DNA of 64,000 bases from Bacteroidota bacterium (GCA_018816945.1 JAHIVC010000030.1:13053-77052); one strand, 5' to 3'; counted from the first letter of the stretch, positions 9,037 through 19,174 are shown. Notes: generated by a model from the letters alone, not told the origin. A program made the numbers and translations.

Positions 9037-10250
9037 TTTGAGTTATTTTCTTTTTCGATTAAACGTGGATCGGGAGTATTTAAATGTTTTGCTATAATTT
9101 GTTCTACAAAAGGAATAATTACTTCGGCATTTTTTCCAGATTTTTTAAGTATAGGTAGTAAGGTCTCTTTTAATTGTTCTAATTTCATGCCATTCAGGAT
9201 ATTAAAAAATTCATTTTCATCCAGGCCCGTAATTTTTAAATAGTAATCAAGGGCTTCAGGTCTCTCCCGATCATGTTTGCTTATTAGTTTAAATCCTTCG
9301 TCTCTTGTGAGTAGGCCGTTTCGAATATCAACTGAAGCCTGCCATGTTGATCTTCCAAAGCCACGTTTTAGATAGCAAGTGAAATCATGCATGCCAGCCA
9401 TTATACATTCGGCACTTTTATAACCCTTGTATGCATTTTCCATTTCTGTTTCCCTCCATCCATAGGTGTCCCTTATCCACTCCGTTTGGCGCTCGTCATC
9501 CCAGAAAATGTAATCACCAAGGTGAATTCCCCAAACACCGGTCTCTTCAATTTCTTCATAAGAAGGAAGTTTGAAACCGTTCAAATCTTTTAAACTTAAT
9601 CCATCACCAATCATTTCTTCCGGCGTTTTCTTCGCGGATACTTTCGTAAAGTAATCTCGATCAAATTTGTGAACCGGACATTGATAGGTGGCTCGGCCAT
9701 CATTTTCAGCTATAGACTCTCCCCATACTAACAGAGGTATTTTGAACTTCGTTGCAATCTGCAATGGGAAAGCTCCAACACCTGAGTGACAGTGCCAGCA
9801 AGAATCCCCGATAGCTCCAATTGATTTTCTTGCCAGTTTATTTACGGTCCCTCTTGCTGGAGTAAATTGAATATGATCAAGATTAAAAACCTCCAGACAT
9901 CTTTGTAAATTGTAAAATCCTGTCTCAGAGAACCAATTATGACTAAAAGTCACAGCTAGTGGTCTTAATCCATAAATCTTAACTAATACATGAGCTTGAA
10001 AAAAACTATCTTTTCCTCCTGAAATGGGCAAAACACAGTCATAACCATCTCCGGCCTTTTGTTTAGCATCACTCAAAATTTTTTGCAGTTGCTCTTCGCG
10101 TACCTGCCAATTTATATGCATCTTTTCTTCAGAAGAACGGCAAGCTGTGCAAACTCCCAATTCATCGAAACTGACTCCTTCCTGAGTCTCCGGTGTACAG
10201 CATCTGATACAGTACCTAATTCCAGGAATTTGATGGTCGTTTTGTTGCAT
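9033..10250 (-). CDS. N-acetyl sugar amidotransferase (WbpG/WbuX/PseA family, PP-loop)
   Basis: N-terminal Cys cluster CIRCCTPETQEGVSFDELGVCTACRS and PP-loop SGGKDS, as in the acetamidino-forming LPS/flagellin glycan enzymes. Confidence 0.8.
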   Translation of the reverse strand: MQQNDHQIPGIRYCIRCCTPETQEGVSFDELGVCTACRSSEEKMHINWQVREEQLQKILSDAKQKAGDGYDCVLPISGGKDSFFQAHVLVKIYGLRPLAVTFSHNWFSETGFYNLQRCLEVFNLDHIQFTPARGTVNKLARKSIGAIGDSCWHCHSGVGAFPLQIATKFKIPLLVWGESIAENDGRATYQCPVHKFDRDYFTKVSAKKTPEEMIGDGLSLKDLNGFKLPSYEEIEETGVWGIHLGDYIFWDDERQTEWIRDTYGWRETEMENAYKGYKSAECIMAGMHDFTCYLKRGFGRSTWQASVDIRNGLLTRDEGFKLISKHDRERPEALDYYLKITGLDENEFFNILNGMKLEQLKETLLPILKKSGKNAEVIIPFVEQIIAKHLNTPDPRLIEKENNSK

Positions 10251-10279
10251 AAAATAATTATTCTATTAGTTTGATAAAA

Positions 10280-10855
10280 TTATATTGCTTTAAAAATATT
10301 GACCGGGTAATAGGATGCAGCAACAAGCCCGACTTGCTTATTCTCATAAACAAATCGATTTGGTAAAATTGCATCAATTTTCATCCCGGAACGATTCATG
10401 AGTTTAATCATCGGTATATTAGTTTCCATTGTTCCGGCAGTAACAAGTCTAATGCCTAGTTCTTGTACCAAAACATTCATTACCAGAGCCCATGCCCGAC
10501 TTGCAGCACCTGATCCCCAAACGCTTTTCTCTCCAATCATTATTGATACATCTGCTTTATTATTAAACAGATCAACTTCTACACCCATATTTCCAATGTG
10601 CAATATTTTTGAGTCAACTAACTCGATAGCCAGAAAATAGTTTGGAGACCTTTTTTGAGACTCAAAGTACTCGATACAGGTAGCTAAAGTGTGTTTGTGA
10701 TGACGTTGTTCAGAATACCGAACAACTACCGGATCATTGAGCCAGCCTACATATAGCTCTGTTAAATGTCTTTCAGAGAATTCCACGATTCTGACCTTAT
10801 CATCATTACATTCAGGAAATCTCGGTTTATTCGGCAATGATTCTAGTAAAGACAT
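10280..10855 (-). CDS. GNAT-family N-acetyltransferase (PseH/RimL-like)
   Basis: 191 aa; VWGSGAASRAWALVMNVLVQELG fits the GNAT acetyl-CoA-binding motif A region. Lies next to a DegT aminotransferase. Confidence 0.7.
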   Translation of the reverse strand: MSLLESLPNKPRFPECNDDKVRIVEFSERHLTELYVGWLNDPVVVRYSEQRHHKHTLATCIEYFESQKRSPNYFLAIELVDSKILHIGNMGVEVDLFNNKADVSIMIGEKSVWGSGAASRAWALVMNVLVQELGIRLVTAGTMETNIPMIKLMNRSGMKIDAILPNRFVYENKQVGLVAASYYPVNIFKAI

Positions 10856-10858
10856 ATA

Positions 10859-12136
10859 TTAAATTCTTTTAATGTTATTCCATACTTTCCGAAACGCCTG
10901 CACGATTAAATCTACATCTCCATCGGTAAGTTCATAACTGCAGATCTCAATACCAAAGTAACTTTCATCATGGAACTTTTCAGCAACCGGACAAATTCCT
11001 TTAGCGTAATCGACCTCGCGGTGGCAGATGTCGGATGACCATGGAAATCCTTTTGAGCCGTAAGCAATCTTCTTTTGATAAATTGGCAACAAATGCACGT
11101 TAGCATAGCCAGATGCCAAACCGATTACTCCTTCGGATTCAAGTGCTGCTTGAATGCGCTCTCTGGATACACCAATTTGTGCAATATCCAGTACCATAGG
11201 GTAAATATAATAGGCATGAGTGCAGTCGGAATTAACAATTGGTGTTTGTAGTCCAGGAAGATCTTTAAGACCAGTTGTTAAACGTTCAGCAGAATGTTGT
11301 CTTTCAGATACTAATCTCTTTAGCTTTTTCAATTGCTCAATGCCGATTGCCGATTCTATTTCACCTAACCTAAAATTGTGCCCTATCATATTGACAAGAT
11401 TTGTCACACCCTTGTCACTCACTACGGCCTCAGCATGGTTACGAATTAGTTGCAAACGTTCAAAAATGTCATCATCGTTAGTAACAAGAATTCCACCCTC
11501 ACCCGTGTGAATATGCTTGTGATAATTTAGGCTATACCCACCTACATGGGAAGATGTTCCCGTAATTCTTCCTTTATAGAAAGTGCCTGGTGCCTGAGCA
11601 GTATCTGTGATTACTTTTAAATTATAACGGGCTGCAATGTCCATCAGAGCATCGATATCGCAGGAATGCCCAAATATATCAACTGCCATAATTGCTTTAG
11701 TGAAAGGTGTAATATTTGCCTCTACTGATTTTGGATCTATATTGAAGGTTCTAGGCTCGATATCGGCAAAAACAGGTATAGCATTCCAATGCAGGATGGC
11801 AGTGGCACTGGCGCACATGGTCCAGGGCGTGACAATTATTTCATCACCAGGCTCAATACCAATGGCACCAACCGCTGTAATGAGTCCGGATGTCCAGGAA
11901 TTGACAGTAACAGCGTGTTTTACTCCTAAGTATTCTTCGCATTGACGCTCAAAAGCTTGTACTTTTGGACCTCCATAAAAATCAGGGTCCCAACAGCCCA
12001 GAAATTTGGAAAGTACCCCAGATTCCATGACTTCTCTTACAGCTTGAATCTCTTCATTTCCAATTGGATTATAACGTTTAAAAGACTTTGTAATCGTCTT
12101 GGGACCTCCATTAATAGCTAATTTTTCATATCTCAT
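10859..12136 (-). CDS. DegT/DnrJ/EryC1/StrS-family PLP-dependent sugar aminotransferase
   Basis: 425 aa; family-typical N-terminus (EEIQAVREVMESGVLS), GDEIIVTPWT and GGYSLNYHKHIHTGEGG (PLP-Lys region). Confidence 0.85.
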   Translation of the reverse strand: MRYEKLAINGGPKTITKSFKRYNPIGNEEIQAVREVMESGVLSKFLGCWDPDFYGGPKVQAFERQCEEYLGVKHAVTVNSWTSGLITAVGAIGIEPGDEIIVTPWTMCASATAILHWNAIPVFADIEPRTFNIDPKSVEANITPFTKAIMAVDIFGHSCDIDALMDIAARYNLKVITDTAQAPGTFYKGRITGTSSHVGGYSLNYHKHIHTGEGGILVTNDDDIFERLQLIRNHAEAVVSDKGVTNLVNMIGHNFRLGEIESAIGIEQLKKLKRLVSERQHSAERLTTGLKDLPGLQTPIVNSDCTHAYYIYPMVLDIAQIGVSRERIQAALESEGVIGLASGYANVHLLPIYQKKIAYGSKGFPWSSDICHREVDYAKGICPVAEKFHDESYFGIEICSYELTDGDVDLIVQAFRKVWNNIKRI

Positions 12137-12163
12137 ATTAAAACTATTTTATTTAATAGACTA

Positions 12164-13120
12164 TTAATCAATTATTTCATGCATCGTTTTAATTGTATCA
12201 AATGCTTCATGACCACTGCACAATGAGGCTTCCTTACCTTCTAATGCCCGTGCAAGTTGATCAGCAACATGGTATTGATATTGGTACATTCCATTTTGAA
12301 TAATTTCAGGATTCGGATTCAAGATGGTGTAACCGATAAAGTGCGGATCGATAATAGTGGACTGCCATTGAATGAGTTCTCCTCCGCGATCATAATGCAA
12401 ACGACCTGTTTGACTGACAAGTTCAACTGTATAATGGGAATAATATTCTTCCCAGGCAGCAAGAAAAACGATATGACCATGTTCAAATTCGACATAGACA
12501 TCAGGCTCCGGATCAATGTTATTCCAAAGACGACCTTTGCTGATAATGGAATGCCGTTGATATGATCCCAGCCAGAATTGGATGAGATTAAAAAGATGTG
12601 ATCCGTTATGTAAAAACCCCTTTGAATACCAAACTGTTCCTTTAATTGGATTCGCAATACTTCCAGTCATGATTCTTTTTTTAACCTCGATTGCCCCTGG
12701 ATCGGATCGGCGCATATAATTTACATACAACATTACACCGCAACTATCACAAGATTGAACTATTTCTTTGGCTTCTGCCAGATCATAGGCCAAAGGCTTT
12801 TCACACAGTATAGCTAAGGGCTTTGAAAGTGATAACACAATTCGTACATGCATACTATGAAAGGCTGTAGGGCTGGAAATCACAACTACATCGAACTTAA
12901 GTCCCTTGATAGCAGAAGGAATATCACTAAAAGCCGGTTTCCTAAAAAGTTTCTCAAATGTGGAACGCTGCGCTGCAGAAGGATCAACGGCACCCACTAT
13001 TTCGAACGAGAGATGTACAGAGAAAGCTTTTGAATGTGTAAAAATCTCGTTTTTAGGTGAATTTAGATCATAACTCATACCGATCTGTCCAAGCCCAATT
13101 ATTAAGCAACTATATTGCAT
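12164..13120 (-). CDS. Gfo/Idh/MocA-family NAD(P)-dependent oxidoreductase
   Basis: N-terminal Rossmann LIIGLGQIGMSY and the EKP motif (ILCEKPLA). Confidence 0.75.
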   Translation of the reverse strand: MQYSCLIIGLGQIGMSYDLNSPKNEIFTHSKAFSVHLSFEIVGAVDPSAAQRSTFEKLFRKPAFSDIPSAIKGLKFDVVVISSPTAFHSMHVRIVLSLSKPLAILCEKPLAYDLAEAKEIVQSCDSCGVMLYVNYMRRSDPGAIEVKKRIMTGSIANPIKGTVWYSKGFLHNGSHLFNLIQFWLGSYQRHSIISKGRLWNNIDPEPDVYVEFEHGHIVFLAAWEEYYSHYTVELVSQTGRLHYDRGGELIQWQSTIIDPHFIGYTILNPNPEIIQNGMYQYQYHVADQLARALEGKEASLCSGHEAFDTIKTMHEIID

Positions 13121-14021
13121 GATTCATTTCTGTATTTTGTGATACAATATTTTGAAGGTGTTCGATCTCTTTTTGAGGTAAGCTGCAGGCTCTTCCTCCT
13201 GGAGGAATGCTGCTGATAACTCTTTTCTTTGCAATTAAGCCAATGACCATTGCCATGGATTCGCAACCAACAATTATGTCGGCTTCAGAAATCTCCTCTA
13301 TTAAAGTTTGATTTCCATCACTGACAACAATCAAATCAGAATAGTCTCTGGTCCAATCATATTTGTCTCTTTTCTCCGAAGGATGCGGACGAATTGTAAT
13401 CTTGTGAACAGGATATTCCAGCAATCCTCTGTTTTTTAAGAAGAAATTCAAAGCTTCCTCTTCTGTGTATCCCCAGTACCTTTCGTCTCCGTGCTGCAGC
13501 AATGCATGCGCACGGATGGGCTCGCAAACGTAGAGAATTGACTTTTGATGCAATGAATTTATCAGAGGTTTGGCTTTTTTAATTTCGAGTACTATATCTT
13601 CAAAGTAAGGATTCGATAAACGAACCAAATGTGCAGATGGGAAAATATTTCGCGCGATTCTTTCTGCTATTTCATCTCCTACCCATATTTCATCGGGAAG
13701 AATTAATTCTCCATTATTAAGGAAGCGCTCACGATAGTTGACCCAATGATCGAGAAAAGCAATGACTCTCTTTCCGGATGACTTGCATAATCTGATGGCC
13801 CTGCTTTCAAGATCAGATTGCCAACTAGTACCGCATAGCACCCAATCGCTTTGTTGTATGGCCAATTCCAAAGGTAAATTTATTTGACAGTCTAGCTTTT
13901 TTCGGAATATTTCGATAGCCGGACCCTCAAGCACCAAACAATAATTTTTATTTTGATGCGAAGCCCAACTGCTCAGGATCTCAGCACCCCCGGCATCATG
14001 ACTGACAATTGCTATGTTCAT
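13110..14021 (-). CDS. hypothetical protein, two-lobe GT-B-like; candidate PseG-type nucleotide-sugar hydrolase
   Basis: Intact 303-aa ORF overlapping its neighbour by 11 nt. C-terminal IVGCESMAMVIGLIAKKRVIS resembles the MurG/PseG-type lobe. Assignment rests on context only. Confidence 0.35.
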   Translation of the reverse strand: MNIAIVSHDAGGAEILSSWASHQNKNYCLVLEGPAIEIFRKKLDCQINLPLELAIQQSDWVLCGTSWQSDLESRAIRLCKSSGKRVIAFLDHWVNYRERFLNNGELILPDEIWVGDEIAERIARNIFPSAHLVRLSNPYFEDIVLEIKKAKPLINSLHQKSILYVCEPIRAHALLQHGDERYWGYTEEEALNFFLKNRGLLEYPVHKITIRPHPSEKRDKYDWTRDYSDLIVVSDGNQTLIEEISEADIIVGCESMAMVIGLIAKKRVISSIPPGGRACSLPQKEIEHLQNIVSQNTEMNHAI

Positions 14022-14026
14022 GTTTC

Positions 14027-14761
14027 TCAGGTATCACCTTTTCTAATCACATTACTATTGATTGCCAACCATTCAGGATGCTCGCGCAAAAATCTGATAA
14101 CATCGGCACATCCAAAAAGTGGTTTGATTGGCTCGAAGTGTTCAATTATCCGTTTCAGTAATTCATAATCAGCGGGTTCGTCCAGCGTTAATCCTAACTC
14201 AGGCCAGCATAGTTCAGGCGGGGCAACAAGGTGTACATGACTGAATACTTCAGGGTTATTTCTAATATGAAGTGTTACGTGTTCGTGATCAAGTCTGTTT
14301 TTTGTCATCATCGCGGAGCGTTTCAAGGTTTTAAGAAGAAAAACCTGAGTATCCATTCCATCAGGAAAGCTTCGAATATGTGCATTGCTAACATATTCGG
14401 CCCGATTGGCATAAAACATACGGATTGTTTGTTCAACGATTTCAGGATCAATAATTGGGCAATCTCCGGTGATTTCAACAACAAGTTCGGCACCTGCAAA
14501 ATCAGCGGCACCGATCACCCTGGTCATCACATCATCTTCGCTTCCACGAAAACAAATGATGCCAGTCTTTCTTGCAAAATCAACAAGCAAATCATCTGTC
14601 GTGTTGGTCGTAGTTGCCAGAATTATTTCGTCTACTGATGGTACTGCTCGTAAACGGCGAATCAGGTGCGAAAGCATCGGCATGCCGGCAGCAGGTAAAA
14701 GCACTTTCCCCGGCAACCTCGATGAGGTCATTCGAGCTTCGATTGTTGCAACAATTTTCAT
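14027..14761 (-). CDS. SpsF/FlmC-type cytidylyltransferase-like protein (CMP-sugar synthetase family)
   Basis: MKIVATIEARMTSSRLPGKVLLP N-terminal nucleotide-binding motif. Confidence 0.75.
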   Translation of the reverse strand: MKIVATIEARMTSSRLPGKVLLPAAGMPMLSHLIRRLRAVPSVDEIILATTTNTTDDLLVDFARKTGIICFRGSEDDVMTRVIGAADFAGAELVVEITGDCPIIDPEIVEQTIRMFYANRAEYVSNAHIRSFPDGMDTQVFLLKTLKRSAMMTKNRLDHEHVTLHIRNNPEVFSHVHLVAPPELCWPELGLTLDEPADYELLKRIIEHFEPIKPLFGCADVIRFLREHPEWLAINSNVIRKGDT

Positions 14762-14783
14762 TTTCTAAAATATTCGAATTAGA

Positions 14784-15413
14784 CTAAAGCGTATCAATAC
14801 ATCCATAATTGTTTCGGATGTTTAAATGCCGATGAACACTAAACCCATTTTTATTTTTTCCTTCCGGATCAATATATCTGCCGACATATATCCTATCTCC
14901 ATTATGATCTGTATCAATGCACCATATGTAATCGTTAACCCATAATATTTTAGTGTATAAGTGCCAGTAAGAAAATAGGGCAAATGCACATGATATTGCA
15001 GATGGCAATGAGATATTTTGCAGATAGAGTTCAGGGTTCTTTGACCGTGTTTCGTTTATAATGGACTTCCTTAATAAAAACCATTTGACACTTAATGAGG
15101 TTGAGAAAAAATCTTCTTTCAGATACCAATCCTGATTATAAAAACATGGTTCCGATACGTCAGGATTAATTCCAAAACGATCTCTCATAGAACTTAACGT
15201 CAGAGGGACTCCATTTGACATTTGCGATGTGCCTAAAATTAAAATGTAGTCTTTTTGTTTGTTAATTAGTTCTATTGGGCTAAAAGGGATGGGTGGGACA
15301 TTTTCAGGAACACGGATATCCATTTTACTGCTAATGAGAGCCAGCTCGATGGGACCTATGAAATTAGTACCCATGATAGCTTTTGCTTCATCTATCGTTG
15401 TTGTTCTTTCCAT
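14784..15413 (-). CDS. hypothetical protein
   Basis: 209-aa ORF in operon register overlapping the upstream gene by 22 nt. No motif recognised. Confidence 0.45.
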   Translation of the reverse strand: MERTTTIDEAKAIMGTNFIGPIELALISSKMDIRVPENVPPIPFSPIELINKQKDYILILGTSQMSNGVPLTLSSMRDRFGINPDVSEPCFYNQDWYLKEDFFSTSLSVKWFLLRKSIINETRSKNPELYLQNISLPSAISCAFALFSYWHLYTKILWVNDYIWCIDTDHNGDRIYVGRYIDPEGKNKNGFSVHRHLNIRNNYGCIDTL

Positions 15414-15976
15414 TTTTGATATTCAATTGCTTCTTCAAATGAGGCTAAATGATTGTTTGTTTCATATTTATCCATACGGTCGAATTCAGATTCCAGCAAG
15501 TCAAATCGTTTACCCCAACCTGTTTCGGTGAACCAGTCTAATTTTTTTTCAGGGGCATTGTAAAGCAGCAAGGAGTTGTTTGAATCCAGAACTTCACGTA
15601 AAAAGGTTAAATATGCTCTGTATTGGTGATAATGCGAAGCTACCAAAATTAAGGACTGCCACTGGTTTGTTATTGCAAGTTTTATGACTCCTAATGCTTG
15701 TTCTCTTGTGTTTTGGGATCTATTTTCGTGAATAATTGAACTATCGGGAATGCCTGAATTTATTAATATTGGATGTACTTCAGAGAATGGAACACTTCCA
15801 TAGGCAAGATTAGTGATTCCTCCACTGAAAACGATAGTTTTTGCGTAACCTAAATTGTATAGTTCAATCGCCTTTGAACATCTGTTCAGGCCATCTCCTT
15901 CCAGTAATATGATGGCATCTGAAATCCTAAGGCAATCATTGTCCACTAATGCAATTAGCTTCTCTCTATAAGTCAT
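15392..15976 (-). CDS. DUF218/YdcF-like protein
   Basis: ILLEGDGLNR...VFSGG...ASHYHQYRA pattern. Start moved to the internal ATG at 15976 (MTYREKL), 2 nt after the stop of the upstream synthase; the track start 16039 would overlap that gene by 62 nt. Confidence 0.55.
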   Translation of the reverse strand: MTYREKLIALVDNDCLRISDAIILLEGDGLNRCSKAIELYNLGYAKTIVFSGGITNLAYGSVPFSEVHPILINSGIPDSSIIHENRSQNTREQALGVIKLAITNQWQSLILVASHYHQYRAYLTFLREVLDSNNSLLLYNAPEKKLDWFTETGWGKRFDLLESEFDRMDKYETNNHLASFEEAIEYQKWKEQQR

Positions 15977-15977
15977 A

Positions 15978-17045
15978 TTAAAAATTTTGCCAAAAAAGAG
16001 GCTGACCAGCTTCAATATATTCTTTTGAAGTTTTTCCAATGACTATATTCTTGAATTTTGGAGGAATTCCAAGAGCGGGTCTTAAAACATCGATGTCCTC
16101 TGCTTCAATTATCTTTCCAATTGGAATATTTCTTTTGGCATAAAGGCACCGACGTTGGACAAATACTGTTTCTCCTTCTTCTTCAACCACCTCTTTCCGG
16201 GTACTTCCCATAGCCCGTTCAATTTCACGAACATAATCAGCCATCTGTTTAAACTCATCTGGATTCATTGAATGCGGATGATCAGGCCCTTTATCTGCTT
16301 TATTTAAAGTAAAATGTTTCTCGATGACACAAGCCCCTAAAACAACTGAAGCCAGCGCAACTACAGGGCCTGGTGAATGATCTGAATAGCCTGTAAGTAT
16401 ATCAAAAGCAGACTGATATGTCTTTAGTACATTTACGTTTGCACTATCAAGTTTGGATGGATAATTTGTAATACATTGCATTAAAACCAAGTTTTTATTC
16501 CCGGTTGCTTCGATTGTGCGTACAGCCTCATCAATCTCAGACATTGTTGCATCACCGGTAGCCAACATCATTGGTTTTCCTTTGCGAGCAATGTAATCCA
16601 GCATTTCGAGCCAGGTAATTTCACCTGATCCAATTTTAATGAAAGGCACATCAAGTTCTACGCATAAGTCAACTGCCTCAAAATCGTATGGTGAGGTTGA
16701 GAAGTCGATCCCGATTTCGGCACAATAATCTGAAATTTCCTGGTGCCACTCCCTGGGAAACTCAGCATCTTTAAATACTTCGCTCACAGTTCTTCCCCAC
16801 GAACCATGCACTCCCTCAAGCTTCATCCTGGAAAATCCACCTTCAGATACAATTTTTGGCGTGCAAAACGTTTGGAATTTTGCACAGTCAGCCCCGGCTT
16901 CTTTGGCTGCAATTATGAGTGCTTTCGCTTTTTCTTTGCTTTGATCAAAATTTGCTCCCATTTCAGCAATCAAATAGGCAGGATGTTCTAACCCAATCAT
17001 CCTATTACCAATTTTAATTTCTTTTGGGAAAGATAGTTTTTTCAT
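15978..17045 (-). CDS. NeuB-family nonulosonic acid synthase (PseI/SpsE-like) with C-terminal SAF domain
   Basis: IGLEHPAYLIAEMGANF...AKFQTF...GYSDHS motifs. Start set at ATG 17045 (MKKLSFPKEIKIG); the track start 17135 would overlap the upstream gene. Confidence 0.85.
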   Translation of the reverse strand: MKKLSFPKEIKIGNRMIGLEHPAYLIAEMGANFDQSKEKAKALIIAAKEAGADCAKFQTFCTPKIVSEGGFSRMKLEGVHGSWGRTVSEVFKDAEFPREWHQEISDYCAEIGIDFSTSPYDFEAVDLCVELDVPFIKIGSGEITWLEMLDYIARKGKPMMLATGDATMSEIDEAVRTIEATGNKNLVLMQCITNYPSKLDSANVNVLKTYQSAFDILTGYSDHSPGPVVALASVVLGACVIEKHFTLNKADKGPDHPHSMNPDEFKQMADYVREIERAMGSTRKEVVEEEGETVFVQRRCLYAKRNIPIGKIIEAEDIDVLRPALGIPPKFKNIVIGKTSKEYIEAGQPLFWQNF

Positions 17046-17094
17046 AAAAGAGTAGTTTAAATATTTTCTGGTTAACAATACATGAATGAGATAA

Positions 17095-18402
17095 TCAGGA
17101 TAATCTTTTGAATCCGGATTGGCAGACAGGTCCACTCAGATGCTTTTCAGGATTTCCTTCTTGTATTATTCGTGAAATAAAACTGAATACTTCGTCAACA
17201 GCATCTAAATATTTGTCAAGATGATCTTTTTTGTGCGCATAACAGGAGTAATAAGAATTAGTTGCAAGAAAACCCCTGATTAGCATCTCCTGAGTAAATA
17301 GTGTTTTCAAAATTAAAGGAGATTCAATAAAATCAAAATGACTTAAAGGATAAATGCCGCCAACTTTTATATTTATTGTGTATTTATCTGCCAGGGTTTT
17401 CCATCCCTTTTGTATCGTTTTACCACACTCCATCATGTGTTTCTGCACATTCAGCTTTCTCATCTTATTTATTGTCGCAATGGCTGCTGCCGGCCCAATC
17501 CGCTCCGTCCAATATGTACTGCTAATAAATGAATCCTGTGCTGCATCCATATATATCCTTTTCCCAATAACTACTCCCATTGGATATCCATTACTAATAC
17601 CCTTCGCGAATACTGCAATGTCCGGTTCCAATCCAAGTACCAGATGTGCACCCCCGCAATTTATCCTGAATCCACTTGATACTTCATCAATGATTAACGG
17701 AATACCTAATTTTCTTGTTTCCAATCTAATGGTTTGAAGAAAAATCTCGGATGGTTCAATATTCCGGATTGCTTCAAGAACAACAGCCCCGATATTATCT
17801 TTGTGTTTTGCAACTAACGCAAGAAACTCATCGGTATTATTATATAAGAATGGATAAGATGTACCCTTCATACCCTTGGTAACTCCTGCAGGTTTCAGTC
17901 CGGGTAACAACTGTCCATCCAGGGCACTGTCGTCAGATAAATTTGCAGATAAGTACCAGTCGTGCCATCCGTGATATCCACTAAATAAAACTATGTCTTT
18001 GTGAGATGAAGCTCGTGCAATACGCACTGCAATCGCCATGGCATCACCACCCCCACGCGAATAGCGAACCATTTCGGCCCATGGATGAAGTTCAAGCATT
18101 AAAGATGCGAGTTTAACTTCCTCAGGCGCATTCAGTGTACACATGTTACCCCTTTGAATTGCTTCGTAAACCGCAGCATTTACGTCGTCATCTGCGTACC
18201 CAAGAGTGCAGGCGCCGATGCCCATAAAACTCATGTCAATGTATTTCTGCCCGTCCAGATCCCAAACTTCACAACCTTTCGCTTTGCTGTAATAAGCCGG
18301 CCAAAGATCCGGTAAAAACTGTTCCGGTCGTTTTGAAAGTAACTGAACCCCTCCGGGTATTAATTTTTTTGCTTTTGTATATAGATCTTGCCCTTTTCCC
18401 AT
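17095..18402 (-). CDS. class III PLP aminotransferase (glutamate-1-semialdehyde aminomutase-like)
   Basis: DEVSSGFR, GGGDAMAIAVRIAR and overall HemL-like length (435 aa). Confidence 0.8.
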   Translation of the reverse strand: MGKGQDLYTKAKKLIPGGVQLLSKRPEQFLPDLWPAYYSKAKGCEVWDLDGQKYIDMSFMGIGACTLGYADDDVNAAVYEAIQRGNMCTLNAPEEVKLASLMLELHPWAEMVRYSRGGGDAMAIAVRIARASSHKDIVLFSGYHGWHDWYLSANLSDDSALDGQLLPGLKPAGVTKGMKGTSYPFLYNNTDEFLALVAKHKDNIGAVVLEAIRNIEPSEIFLQTIRLETRKLGIPLIIDEVSSGFRINCGGAHLVLGLEPDIAVFAKGISNGYPMGVVIGKRIYMDAAQDSFISSTYWTERIGPAAAIATINKMRKLNVQKHMMECGKTIQKGWKTLADKYTINIKVGGIYPLSHFDFIESPLILKTLFTQEMLIRGFLATNSYYSCYAHKKDHLDKYLDAVDEVFSFISRIIQEGNPEKHLSGPVCQSGFKRLS

Positions 18403-18413
18403 GTGTTTGATTC

Positions 18414-19172
18414 TTAATTTACGGTCTGATCATTTTTCAGAGAGTTTAAATATCCTTCATTTCTGATAATATTTGAATTTATTATTTCCAGTGAGGGTTG
18501 CTTATCCAACAGATTTAATATATCTCTCATCCCAAAAAGGGGATTGGAATTATAAAGATTAGAAAAGACAGCTTTTAAGAACTTAAAGTCTGAATCAGTA
18601 TCCAAAGTCCATCTCTTGTCTGCATAGTTTATCTCAGAGACAATCGATTTAATTGCAAACAAATCAGGATGCTTCTTGATATAAGGAGTAACATGTTCTC
18701 TTTCAGACGATAATTTTGCTTCAACCCAGGCTTTTTCAAGAGCGGAAAAGGAGAAAATTTCTGTATCAAGTCCATCGGGATATGAATCCAGAATTGTATT
18801 AGAGGTATAATCCGAATTGGAACTTAAATGATTTTCGATGATCAAATCAATTATTTCAGGATCAATAACAGGACAATCAGATGTTATCCTTACGATGTGG
18901 TCCGGATGAATCAGTTTTGCAAGTTGATAGAACCGGTCTAATACATCACCTTCGGATCCACAAAAAACACGAATGTTTTGCGATGAACAGAGTTGAATCA
19001 GCGGAAGATTGTTTTTGTCAATAGTGGTCGCTACAAAGACTTCATCGATATACCTGCTTGTACTAACTCTTGAAACAACATGCTCTAAAACCGTTTTATC
19101 TTCCAGATATTTCATCACTTTATTTGGAAGCCTTGAAGAACACGCACGTGCCTGAATAATAGATATGATCAT
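18414..19172 (-). CDS. SpsF/PseF-type cytidylyltransferase-like protein
   Basis: MIISIIQARACSSRLPNKVMKYL N-terminal motif; paralogue of 14027..14761. Confidence 0.75.
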   Translation of the reverse strand: MIISIIQARACSSRLPNKVMKYLEDKTVLEHVVSRVSTSRYIDEVFVATTIDKNNLPLIQLCSSQNIRVFCGSEGDVLDRFYQLAKLIHPDHIVRITSDCPVIDPEIIDLIIENHLSSNSDYTSNTILDSYPDGLDTEIFSFSALEKAWVEAKLSSEREHVTPYIKKHPDLFAIKSIVSEINYADKRWTLDTDSDFKFLKAVFSNLYNSNPLFGMRDILNLLDKQPSLEIINSNIIRNEGYLNSLKNDQTVN

Positions 19173-19174
19173 TC

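Noticed and set aside
15978-17135. Extended N-termini given by the longest-ORF track (e.g. 17135, 16039, 20242, 31937, 37499, 42480, 50382, 60256, 61023)
   Set aside because: The extensions overlap the upstream gene by 20-90 nt, and some begin at TTG/GTG. Internal ATGs restore family-typical N-termini (a Rossmann motif directly after the start) and 1-8-nt junctions.
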